A stretch of DNA of 64,000 nt from Dimorphilus gyrociliatus (lineage: Eukaryota > Animalia > Annelida), in the NCBI GenBank assembly GCA_904063045.1, contig CAJFCJ010000010.1:1426001-1490000 (forward strand), read 5' to 3'. This document shows, in pieces, positions 1-11,913 of this stretch. Position 1 is the stretch's first letter; each line of letters begins with the position of its first letter. Position numbers and translations under genes: made by a program. The notes below the pieces were generated by a model. That model was not told the origin of the DNA. It did no database searches and was given only the letters and a program-made list of their open reading frames with translations.

Positions 1-470
1 TCGAACGAAGATGGATATATAGGACCATACGAATTAAGAAGAGCTTTAAAAGTATTAGGATTCAAGATATCAAGAGAAAAAGCCCAGCAATTAGTTCACG
101 AATCCAGTGCCAAGGGAATATGGGCAATAAGTTTCAATGAATTCTTAGATTTAGTTATTGAAAAGCAAGGTGAAAGCCGAGACGTCTATCAAGAGATTTG
201 CAATGGATTTAAAATATTAGATAAAGGTAATTTGAAAATATCTCACTACCAAGCTAATCTAAAATTGTGAATATTTTACTTCTTTAATTTATATTAGAAA
301 AGAAAGGTCGTCTTGATATTGAAGATTTAATAACTGCTTGCCAAGAGAATAATATTAATTTAGGGAAACAAGATCTGAAAGAGATGATTCAGGAAGCTGA
401 TTTGAACGGTGACGGAACTGTCGATAAAGATGAATTTGTTAAAATTATGTTAAAAACAAACCTTTTTTAA
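1..470 (+). CDS. EF-hand calcium-binding protein, centrin/caltractin-like (3' part; 5' end outside window)
   Basis: Frame 1 reads SNEDGYIGPYELRRALKVLGFKISREKAQQLV...ISFNEFLDLV. After a ~70 bp GT-AG intron (~227-297) it continues KKGRLDIEDL...LKEMIQEADLNGDGTVDKDEFVKIMLKTNLF*. There is a canonical EF-hand loop DLNGDGTVDKDE and a centrin-like MxKTxLF ending. Not in the ORF track. Confidence 0.8.
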
Positions 471-946
471 AAATAACTGCGAAGACAATGAGCAAAAAAA
501 TTCTGCATTTGACACTGATATTAATAATTAATAATTATGAAAGAAATTGAAAATATCCATTAATCAATTTATTTTATCATCTTTAACAAAACTCTTCATT
601 TTTATTATTTAATTTTATCATCAGAGTTCGGTCATTTTATTTTTGGGGAATAAAACTTTTGGAAGAGTTCACAACATAGACTAATTTTCAGCTGGGATAT
701 TAAAACAAAATGGTTAAACGTTCAATATAATTTTTTAAAAAATTAGCCTCTAGAAACTGTTTGTAAATACGTTTTAATTGTTTTTATAAAAAAAAATATC
801 AATGTATAATTTAAAAAACAGGAGAAAATAAGAAGGAAAAAAAAAACAATACCCAATTTTCTTTTGCTTATAATGAGTTTCGAAGTATTCGCAGCAAGGT
901 ACTAATGAAAGCAAGCATAAAAATAAATTTGCCTATTTCAATTTTC

Positions 947-3900
947 CTAGGGAGCATCAGCATCGTTTTCAGTAAACTCATTTATTGCTTGAGTAAGCAT
1001 GCTACTGTCGTCATCGTCTGACATTTCTTCTCTCATTTGTGCCATTCGTAACCTTTATTTAGTAGAAATTGTTTTAATGAATTCAATAGAATTGAAAATT
1101 AGACTCAGCTTGTAAAACTTACAATGCTACAATATCGGCGCTTTCGTTCTGAAGGGCAATTTGCAATGGGTCTTTGCCGTCCTCATCAACTGAGCGAAAA
1201 TTTGCTTTCCTTTTAATTAACTGACTAGCATTTCTATTGTGAAGAAGTAGCATAATAAATATGATTTTCTATAACTACAGAGATAATCATATAAATACCC
1301 TTTTCTATTGTTCAAAACAGCATGGTGTAAAGCCGTTCGACCTCTAGAATCTTTGAGATCAATATTTGCGTTATTTAATAGTAAGAGTTCTGTTGCCACT
1401 TGCGACCCCTGTAAGTTTTTTAACAAGTTACTTCTGTTTCGATAAAAATAACTCAGTTGTACGAACCACTTCAACAGCAGCCATTAAAGAGGTTTTTCCT
1501 TCTCTCTCTTCGTACTTAAAATTAATTTCAGCTCCCATGGCTAAAGCCTCTAAAATGACTTTTGGTTGTCTTGCTTCGGCTGCTCTATATAGCAATACAT
1601 TCGGATTAAATGCATCAATATCTTCTATCTCTACAGATTGATCGTCCAATTCAGTTTCACTAGAGTTGTCATCGCCAAATGCATCATTGTCAGGTGGTGT
1701 TGGAGCTAAATCAGCACCAATTACTAACAAACTGCTCTCAGAAGATGTAGAAATGTCATCTAAACGAGAGGCTTTACGTTTTTTAACTATCCAGCGTCGT
1801 TTACCAGATCGAAGAACTTCGTCGGAATTCTGTAGCTTCTTTACGTAACTTTTTGAGACATATTTTGATTTTATCCATGTTTCTCTTTCAATCCTTTTTA
1901 TTTCAAATAATAAAAAATGCTACAAATAAGCAACAATTCATTGTAAATGATTACTTACGAATTAGACTCTGGAACTGCCTTAATTACATTTTCATCAACT
2001 TCCGCTTCGTAAATTTGATTAACTATACTATTACCAAGTTTAGCCATGACTCTAAGCAAAGTTTTATCCCAAACATCTAAATGAACTGCTCGTATCTTTG
2101 ACGTATAAACTCCGAGACTTCGATGAACCCCAGAGCATTTAATGCAGAGAGTAATACCTAGATTAATGGAAGCCCATTGAGGTTGATGAGCTCCGCAATC
2201 GCAGCATTTATCGTTGCCCGGTAAAAGTTGCAGTACTTTAGAGTTACTTTCATGCTTTCCAGTGTTAGTTGTTGAAAGAAATTCTTCTAAGTTTCTTTGA
2301 GGTGAAGATTTGGGTGAATTTTGTGAAGTTAATTGCTAAAAATATATATAAAAAAAAGTAAACAAATGTATATTATATCCCTATATAAATTAAGAAGTTA
2401 TTCATACACTCTCTCTATTAATTTGGCATGTTAACGCTTGAGATATGAATTTTTGTAATACGCATATCCATCTAGTACAATCAAGCTCTGAATCGGCTTG
2501 GAGTAGATGCACTCTGTTTTAGATGAGACAAATATATATTTCGTTTAGTTTACGTAATTAATAAGATAATAAAGATGCTTACTTTCTTGGAGACATTAGT
2601 TCAAAGCAAAATCTCTTTTCGTTGTCCGAGATTAATCGAACTTTACATACTCTTAAGTCTGGTTCGAGAGTTGTCCAATCGTCCAGATTTTCTCTTTTAC
2701 AGTATTTAACAGAATTTTCTGAAGCAACAAACCATCTCCTGTTTTTGGTAATGAATAATTAATTTTTTATTAACCTTTAACTTGTTATTCTTTTAATAGA
2801 AAGGAAAAGATTTTTAGGCTTAAGACATGCTTCTTTAAAGAAAAAAAAGGCAGAGTTTTGCATTAACCGAAAATTTTTCACCTTCAGTTGACACTAATAA
2901 AAACTTTAACACTTTTTTTACTATTTATCAATTATAATTTAATCTAAAAATTAATAAAAAGTTTAATAGTGTTTTTGTATTATAGTGTAACTTATAGGTT
3001 GTTATTCTAATAAACTTTCCCAAAACATTAGTCCTATATTTAGCAAGTAGTCTTATTAAAAAAGAAACTAAGAGAAATTCTACCTATCGCCATCTTCAAA
3101 ACCTTTTCTTTTTAGATTAATTTGTTAAAAAAAGAGACGTGATGAATGAACAAATAAAGTGTGTTAATTAAAAAGAAAACGATATAAATCTTTTTATTAA
3201 TAGCTTACCGAACCCAAGGTTTGATTTTTGTTGTGGTCCTCCGCCACAAGTAACCTTCAATCTGTTCTTCTTGGAGAATGCTATCATTTTCAGATTTTCT
3301 TAGTTGTACCGGAAATTGAGAAAGTATCCGATCCTAATGATATAAAATGTTATATTGTTAAAAAAATGAACGTAAAAGAGTTTAACAAGCTAGCAAAAAT
3401 TCTTCAACGTAAAAGAAGAGCAAATAAGATAAGACACACTTTTCCTCTTAAATCCTGATCTTAAGATATTTTTCATTATTTGGGAATAGACTATCAAAAG
3501 TAAGAGAGTACATCCTAGTATCTCTTCTTTATTATTGTAGAATGTTTAACTACGAATAAAATAGCCTTTATGAGAACCATTAGCCGAGTAAATCTCTAAT
3601 GCAATTCTACTTTTTTTTATAATTTTTCGTTCGTATGTTGCTATTAAACATGCGTAGTAAAGCACGATTATGTGGATAATAAAAGTACTAGATTGACTTT
3701 AATAAATACCCGTAAAAAACGAAGAGACAAGCATCATTTAAGATAAAAAACGTTACCGGTAAAAGAATTAAGGATCATTGTGGTAGTACTTTATTACTGG
3801 CAAATATTTTTAAAAATATAGGTATTTATATAGCTTTTTTGCCTTTATACAATTTATAAAACCTAGTATATAATATATTTCAACACCAAACTACTATATA

Positions 3901-6900
3901 TCACGCACAAATAAGACTTGTAAAGCCTTTCCAAACAATCGTCTACCAATGATAAACTTGGGGGTGGATTGTACTATATTTTTTTTTCTTTGATATATCT
4001 TAGTTATCCAGTAAACAGATAGAAAGATAGATAAACAGTTAGGTAGAGAGAGGGAGAGAAAAAAAGACTTGAAAATATGTTAAATTATGGAAGTTAGTAA
4101 ATACGTTATATTGTGTATAGATATTTCCTTTTGAATTATACAATGCTTATCGTGTAAAGAAAAGTCAATATAATAGATATATTCAATATGTACAGCTTAT
4201 ATTTGCTAGTATATAGTATTTACGGTACAATAAATTGGTTATAATAAGTAAAATAAACTCTTACTATATGAAAAGTATTAATAAATGAATAACAATAATA
4301 GCCGTAATAAAATTAAAGATTTTAGCTGATTAGTAAGATTGTATACAATTGAAATATAAAAAGAAATATAATAACCTCTGTTATCAAATCCTTTTGCATA
4401 GATTTAGTCTTTTCCTCCTCCTTTTTCATGTTTGCATTAATGATATTTATCTATAGATATGATTCAGTGTGAATAAAGAGATATTAACTCTCACTTTTTG
4501 TTTATTTTCTCATGAAGAACTCACCTTTTCCGTTAAAGTTTTCATAAAACAATCACACTCCTTCGTAAAATATTCGTATCCTTGGTGAAAGTATGTATTC
4601 TGAGCGTTTAAGAAGGATCTCATCTAATAAAAAATCATTTGAAAGAAAGTTTAGCACCCATTTACTCTATCGTTTACAGTCGTAAATTGAATAGTAATGA
4701 AATAGATATTCAACTTCTACTACGCCGTCTATCGGATTAAAGAGTAGTTAAATTTGAGAGATAACAGAAAATTTTTCAAGGCTAGAATATGTCATAGGAA
4801 AAACAATTAATCATGCATTTTGCATCAAAAATCATAAATAGCCGCTAGGTGGCGCGATAAAGGAAGAATATCTACTATTTCTCATTAACAATTGCCAACC
4901 GTGTCCAGAATTTCAAATCTTCTCTTGCACATTATATCATTAGTCTGAAATCAATAATAAATTTCACATCTGGTTTGTAAAAGAACTACAAAATTTGCAA
5001 AGCTCACTTGGCAAACGTAATCAAACGCCACATGACTAAAAGTAGTCTTAACATGAGCCAAACATTCATCGGCTTCCTTACAGTCGGAAATCTTATACTT
5101 TGGAGCAATCGAAGTTCGATAGAGTGCCGAGTCGAAATCTGTGCTAACTTTCTGAAATTCTCTTCTTCTCTCTTTCAATTGTTTAATATCTCTATAATCA
5201 AAAATCAACAAGATATATTATGTGAAAGAGCCTTTGTTAGGGAGTGAAAATATAATGCATTACTTATGTATAAAGGTGTTAAGATTTTCCCTAATAGAAC
5301 GTCGAGCCTGATCTAGTAGCGTCTTCATTAGAAAAAGAAATTATTAAATATACAGAGTAGAAAATCTAAATAATAAATGTATCAAGACGAACTTACATTA
5401 TGGAATTGCATTACATCCCTTAAACATTCCACAGTTTTACCAAGAACATTCTAGAATATTTAATAAAAATTGAATAAAAAACTAGTACGGTACGGTATTA
5501 ATATATTTAAGTAGTAAAAGGGTATATGACAATATATCTATATAAAGAACATTTATATAAGTTATAAATTTAGTTTAATATCATATTTACATCAACCATA
5601 TAAAAATTACTGCATATTAGCTTTTCATAAAGAATAATAATCAGATATAATCATGCACATTCCCCCTATAAATATGTAAATATAAAGTGGACTTCATAAA
5701 AAAATGGACACCGTAAATTTTGATAGGCCAACTTTTAATTAACGGTTAAAATTGTTTTTTCCCTGTAAATTATTTTTTTTGGTCAAAATTTCTTTAAAAA
5801 AAGGGTTATATTTACGTAATATTGAAAAAAAATTGACAAAATGATAATATTTATGAATATTATAAGCAAAATATTTTTGGTCATTTTCATCAACTTTTTC
5901 TTTATTTGGCCACACTTCATAATTATTGGAACAGTCACTTGACATCCGGTTTGGCATTCAAATAGACGTCGCAAAAAACATTTTTTTCAACATCTTTGAT
6001 TTTCTAAGTTATCTTTATTAAATAATTGTTAATTTCATTTATATTACTTTATTTTTATTGTACTAATTTAAATATGACGTGGAGTAAAGACATAAGGGAG
6101 CTTGTATTCAAGAAATACAATGAATTACAAAAACTACGAGCCACAGCAAGAGCTTTAGGAATGGCACCCTCTTCTGTTAGCAATATTTTAAGGTATCAAC
6201 CACCAGAAGAGGAGAATAGAGGTCGTCCAAAGAAACTTACAGAGAGAGATATAGGCAGGATGAAGAGGGCTATACAAAAAATGAAAATAAATAAGTAGAG
6301 GGAGATGGTCCACAATTCGAATCAGAGGACGAATTGTGGAAAAAAATCAAAAAATGCTCTTATAAGCTTATAAAAGAGCAGCCAGGGTTGTTACCACGTC
6401 TATATGATGGAATGGGGCATAGAATCAGGCAATGCATCGAAAAAGAGGATAGTCAGATACAAAAGTAGGAATAATAGGAACATTTTTGTTGGTGTTCCAA
6501 TTATTATGAAGTGCAGCGAAATAAGAAAAAAAAATCAATAAAACAGTACATAATATAAACAAAAAAAAATGATATAAAATCTTACCCAAATCGTATTTGA
6601 AAGAAAATTATATATAAATTTAAGCTTCATCTAACATTTTATGCAGAAAAAATTAAAAAAATATCTTTTTTCTTAGTGAAAAACATTTTTAATACGTTGG
6701 CATATTCAAAATTCGAGGTGTTCCAATTTTTATGAAGTTTACTTTATATGCAAAAAAAAGGAAGGAAAACGCCACCTATCAATCGAACATTAATGCATGC
6801 CATATTAATATTCTTTTAATATATTTAAAGACCGATTTGCATACTTACAGCCGTTACTATATCATCGTTAAAGATAGTATCCTATATACATTCACAATTT

Positions 6901-7577
6901 ACGCTTCATAATAATATAGAATATATGAAGATGTATATATATATATATATATATACTTTATATACAATATGCATGTGTGAAAAGTTCGAATATGCTATAT
7001 AATATATTATATAAATACAATAAACAACATACCTTAATCTCAAAATCATTTCGAAAATAATTTGATAAATCTTCTAGGCCCAAAATGAGCTTTCTATTGT
7101 GAAAAATGGAGAATAATACACTATTCTATTATATTAAATATTTCTTTTATACAAAAAATAACATAAATTTTAAAAGTTTACATAGTAAAATATAATAAAT
7201 AAAACTACTTTTAACACTGTCTTTAGAATAATACATAATCAATAGATTTACAATTAAATTATTGAAAATGATCAATAAAATAACTCCGACTTACACATTT
7301 GCTGATAAATAAGTTTGTCCCTTGTTAAACATATCATCGACGCTTTTAACAATCTAAGTAAAGAATATACTATTGATTAAAATTGTTTAAATAAAGAGTA
7401 TTGAATAGGTTTACCTGAGTTAATTTAGTTTCTAAAACTTCTAGATCGGAGTGAACCTCCTCCAGAGAATTTCTGTAAGAGAAAATAAAATATAATAATT
7501 AAGTTACTAAATTTAAATGCAAACCTGAATGAAGGTGAATCCTTCAAAGATTCCGTAAAATCGATTACTTGCTTCAT
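947..7577 (-). CDS. ACAP: ArfGAP with BAR/coiled-coil, PH and ankyrin domains (ACAP/centaurin-beta family), multi-exon
   Basis: First exon MKQVIDFTESLKDSPSFR (cf. ACAP MxxxxDFEECLKDSPRFR). BAR exons at ~7250-7470, 4980-5450 and 4370-4640. PH start IEGYLWRRTTTKIKPWVR|RWF (~3330-2700). ArfGAP zinc finger GNDKCCDCGAHQPQWASINLGITLCIKCSGVHRSLG (~2220-2110). Ankyrin exons 1217-1730. The 3' end is approximate. Confidence 0.9.
4842..4855 (+). promoter_or_regulatory. Candidate CTCF-binding motif (CCGCTAGGTGGCGC) in an ACAP intron
   Basis: 14-mer matching the CTCF core consensus CCRSYAGRKGGCRS, standing out as a GC-rich island in very AT-rich intron sequence. Sequence match only. Confidence 0.45.
5681..6748 (+). 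mobile_element. Internally deleted Tc1/mariner DNA transposon with long IR/DR-type terminal inverted repeats
   Basis: Ends are TATAAAGTGGACTTCATAAAAAAATGGACACC and its near reverse complement GGTGTTCCAATTTTTATGAAGTTTACTTTATA. Inner copies of the same motif lie at ~5914-5934 and 6491-6512. The interior encodes a Tc1-like HTH N-terminus (MTWSKDIRELVFKKY...RGRPKKLTERD, from ~6075) fused to a Tc1-like C-terminus (ESEDELWKKIKK...LPRLYDGMGHRIRQCIEKE, ~6310-6470). No DDE core is present. Confidence 0.8.
6934..6955. repeat. (TA)n microsatellite
   Basis: About 11 uninterrupted TA units. Similar tracts occur near 17840, 42780 and 43545-43578. Confidence 0.85.
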
Positions 7578-7930
7578 TTTCGTTGTACAAATAACATTTA
7601 TAGATTAAAATGATTGAGAAACAATTTACAATACTGAAAATTAACATCGAATGTGCGAAATATTCACCATTTTGGATTTGTTTTTAACACCAGTTTTTCG
7701 ACCCGGTCTCTCTAATTTCCGGACAGATATTCGTTTATTCCACCTCACTAGAGCCATCTACAATTTAAATAATTTTCACAATATGTTGCTTAAAGGCTTG
7801 TAATTGACAATAAGTGTAATAAGTTAATGGTCAAGAAGTGCAAAGATTAACTAAACTTGTAATTCTTTAGTCGAACAACAACTTTCTATTACTTACAAAA
7901 CTTTCATTTTGATTTTTACGAAAGACGGCC

Positions 7931-7944
7931 GTTGCTATAGCAAT
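7931..7944. promoter_or_regulatory. RFX X-box-like palindrome (GTTGCTATAGCAAT) upstream of CCDC146
   Basis: One mismatch from the palindromic X-box GTTGCTATAGCAAC, ~70 bp upstream of the ATG of a ciliary gene. Confidence 0.6.
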
Positions 7945-8014
7945 CGCAATGGCCACCGACGCAAACAGAGCTTCCAGCTAACTTTTATTGAAATAGACAG
8001 CCAGTAAACAAATA

Positions 8015-11000
8015 ATGAGTCTAAGTGACGGAAGAAGCTCACCGGAATTTGATTCCGCAGATGAAGAAGAAAATATTCAAAATGATGATTCGTATATAAT
8101 GCAAGAAGACGAGTATCAACCTCCTTTATCGGCTATTCCTCCAAAAGTAATTCTTCAAGAAGAGGGTCAAGCAGAAGTATCGTCGAGTCCAGCCTTTCAA
8201 TGTCTAGATGATGTAAGATATTAACCCAAAAACTGATTTAAGTTGTTTAAAACAGTCAATTTTTTTAGCTTTTTCAAGAAGGTAAATTAACGGGAACAAA
8301 AGTTGCGTTGCTGAAAGCAAAATATACAGAGTTACACGAAACACTAAAAAGGTAGGTAATTGTAAAATATCAGAGGAATAAAAAGAGATATCAATAATCT
8401 ATACAATTATATAAAAAAATAAACATTAGGAGTAGGGAAAACGAACTCAACCTCCTAAGATTAGCAAAGGACTACACAGAAGAAACTGAGAAACAGAAAA
8501 ATGATTTAGAATCTGCCGATGATTTTCCTGAAAACTGTAACACGGAAGTATCAAAACTCAGGCAAATTCTACTACAACACAATAATACATTGAAAATAAA
8601 AGAAGATGCTCAATATCAATTAGAATATCAAATACAGAATTTAACTGAAGAGCAGAAGATATTGGAGAGAGAAAAGGATAGACTGCCAAACTCTGCAGAA
8701 ATGGAGAGAAAGGTAGCAGAACTCCAAAGAGCTTGTGAAGATTTAAAAAAAGAAGCAAGTCAAAGACAAAGTGAAAGTAGAAGCTTGAAAGAAGATGTTG
8801 AAAGACAGAATAGGAATCTTAAAATAGAGCAAGAGCTGTTGAGAAAGAGATTGACCGAAGTAGAACAAATAAAGAGCAGTCTCGTTGCCGAAAATGCAAA
8901 ACCAGGTTTCTTGAAGAAGGATGTCGATAGATTGACTAGACAGCATAGAGAATTAGAAGTAAAGTTGAATAATATAGACAAAAAGTATGAGGAAACGTCG
9001 GCCGTCGAAAAAAATCGCAGTAAACAACTTTTCTCGGCTGAAGAAGAAAATAGTCAAATAAAACGAGATTTAGAACAAGTTCAAGCTAAATTACAGGAAA
9101 CAGAGCAAAAATACGACGTCCTTATGAAGGATGCAGGCTATATTAAAGACAGAGAAACAATGCTTCTAGGTGATAAAGGAACTCTAGATATGAGTTTAAG
9201 GCATATATCATTGGAAAAGAAGAATCTACACGAAATGTTTTCTAGACGACAAAGGGAACGTGACAGAGATGCTAAAACTTACAAAAAAATGGAACTACAA
9301 CTAAAGATTGCTGCAGACAATTTAGTAAACACAAATACAGTTCTGGAAAAAGTTAGATCCGCAGCAATCAATGCTCCAAAAGATGATGGATCTTTACAAC
9401 AGAAGAAAGACGACCTAAAAAAAGAGGTTGAACAAACGAAGAGAGCTTTAGCAAATCAGAATTCCCTTACTACTATTGAAACAGTTAAGGTGAGAATATT
9501 TTCAATATTTTATCATAAAGAATTCTTCTATAAAACTAACCAGGAAATATATTGTTCTATTTTTTGTTTGTCTCTAGGTGGAGCAAAGTATTGCCATGGA
9601 GGAGAGACTATTATATCAACAAGGAGATTTGAGGATAGAAGTTGTAGAATTAACAAGATTAGCGGCTATAAAGAATGATGAGAGAGAGCAAAAAGCTAGA
9701 GATTTTATGAGAGCTGAAATGAGATTTAATAGAGCTGTTCAAGATGTTAAAACAAAAGATTTACAAATTCAAGATTATCAGAAGAAATTAAATGAATTGA
9801 ATATAAAATTAAAAGACTTTGCAAAGCTATACGATGTTATAAAAACCGAAAGAAATAAATGTGTCCATCTTATCCAAACTTCAACTCAAAAGGCTGCTGA
9901 AATGAGAGAAAAAATAAAAATCTTGCAAAATGAAATTGAAATTCTAAGAACGTCTGTTGCTCAGAAAGAAAGACTGTTGCAAAAGTCGAGGATGAAACAT
10001 CAAGAACAAATCGGACAAAGGGATTCTGTAAGGAATGAACTGGCTAAACAACAAGGAATTGACAAAAAAATGAGATCGGAAAGAGACGAACAACAGAATG
10101 AAATTGATAAATTAAATACAATGATCAATCAGACAGAAGAGCAAGTTGCCGACCAGAGGAAGAGATACGAAATTGCTACTCAACAAAGAAATGAAAAAGG
10201 TATTCAATTGATCGAGAGAAACGAAGAAGTTTGCGTCTTCTTAGAAAAGTGTAATATTCAAGATGAAATGATCAGAAATGGTGATGTTCAAATGAAGGTT
10301 AGAGACGAGGAGACGAGATTCCTGAAGATGCAATTAGTCAATGAAAGGAGGGAATTAGAGCTAATGAGGAAAAGTATACCGGACAAAAAAGCATTAGAAG
10401 ATGAACTTGTGACTTTAAATATACAAATGCAAGCCTGTCAAGATAGGCTTGTAGATTTGGACGGAAGGACAGAAAATGCTAACGACCCTACAAGAGTGAG
10501 ATTCTTAGAAGGAAAAGACCTACCTCCAGACAAGATGAAGGATAAACTTGAGGAGTTGGAAAGTAGATTAGCTACTAAAGAAGAGCAAATTTTGGAGAAA
10601 GATCTCATACTCCAGCAAGTGACCAGGCTTGCGCAAAGAGTTCAGAAAAAATCCGATTCTGGTAAAATGGATACCCTCAATCTGGCTAAGCACGTAAACG
10701 AACTCCAAGCAAAAATTAAGGAAGTTACAAGGAAAATGATGGGTCTTGTATCTGAGTTATCAATGAAGCAAGCTCACGCTCTAAGATTACAGCAAGAAGT
10801 AAAGGAGAAAGAGTCTAGTTTGGAGCAAGCCTACCTTAGAATGGAAAAGAATGAACCACCCTCAGATGATATGGAAATGGAGTGGAACAAGTATGTTAGG
10901 GATGAAAATAGAAGAACAAAAGATATGCTCGAAGCCAGAATGGTAAACAGTTTATTACCCTTATTAGTTATGATTAATGAAAAAAATTGATTTCTTTTAA

Positions 11001-11210
11001 TAGCGAACTGAAGAAGAAGAACAATATACACTTCCCGGTACAATAACATGCACTACAGCTGAACCAAGGCCTAATGCCTATATTCCTGATGAAGAAAATG
11101 ACTTACCAATACCTAGGCCTTATGGCGCTCATGCTCCATTTAAACCACAAGAACAATCATCCAATATGCGTCATATAAGAAAACCTGTGCAAAAACCGAT
11201 AGAAATATAA
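8015..11210 (+). CDS. CCDC146: Coiled-coil domain-containing protein 146 (ciliary/axonemal, MBO2-like)
   Basis: Long coiled-coil ORFs 8590-9678 and 9578-10990 are joined by a short intron at ~9490-9578. The last exon reads [52 protein letters not shown], matching the characteristic CCDC146 C-terminus. Confidence 0.9.
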
Positions 11211-11913
11211 AAGAAAGTATTTCTAAGTAAAAAAACAAAACAACAACAATTGAATATCATAAGATAATTAATTAATTAATTAATTTTCTTTATATTATTC
11301 CGCCATTTTTAATTGAAACTACTAATTCTAAATCTTTTTTGTTTCTATTTCTATTTGTAAATAATAAAGTAATAAAAAAATCAGATGTATATGAACATAT
11401 TCACCAAACGTATAAAGTGAAAACTTACCAATTGCTTTTGTCTATATATTATAAATACTTATATGTCCATAAATTAGTACAAAAGTTTTTTTTTTCTTCT
11501 TTATATACTAAAAAAAAACAGAGTAGCTTTAATAATTGCTCATCTCCTAAAAAGGGCAAAAAAAAAGAAAACAGCTCAACTGGAAAGGGGTTGGGAGGGA
11601 AAGTACTCAATTCCGTATCTTCTTTTTTATTAAGCCTATTAAAAAGAAGAAAAAAAAATGATAATTTTAAAAATCAAAACAATCTAGTTTAATATCAATA
11701 AAATTAAAGACGAAAATTCTTATATCGTATTTATTATATTCATAAATTAATTAAAAATTTGCAAAAATGTTGATTTTTTATATAAAAAAAAACAAAAAGA
11801 ACAAAAAGAACAAAAGAGCGAAACAGTAAAAATATAAAGTAAAAATGAAACAAGCGTTTATTCATTATGAATAAATTATTATTTATAGTTAATATTATTC
11901 AAAAAATTATGAT

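Noticed and set aside
11339-11692. Short AT-rich track ORFs (also 1853-2080, 5739-5974, 23144-23407, 35242-35463, 42482-42724, 44156-44413) and ORFs antisense to real exons
   Set aside because: Low-complexity F/L/I/K/Y composition, no motifs, and located in UTRs, introns or opposite established genes.
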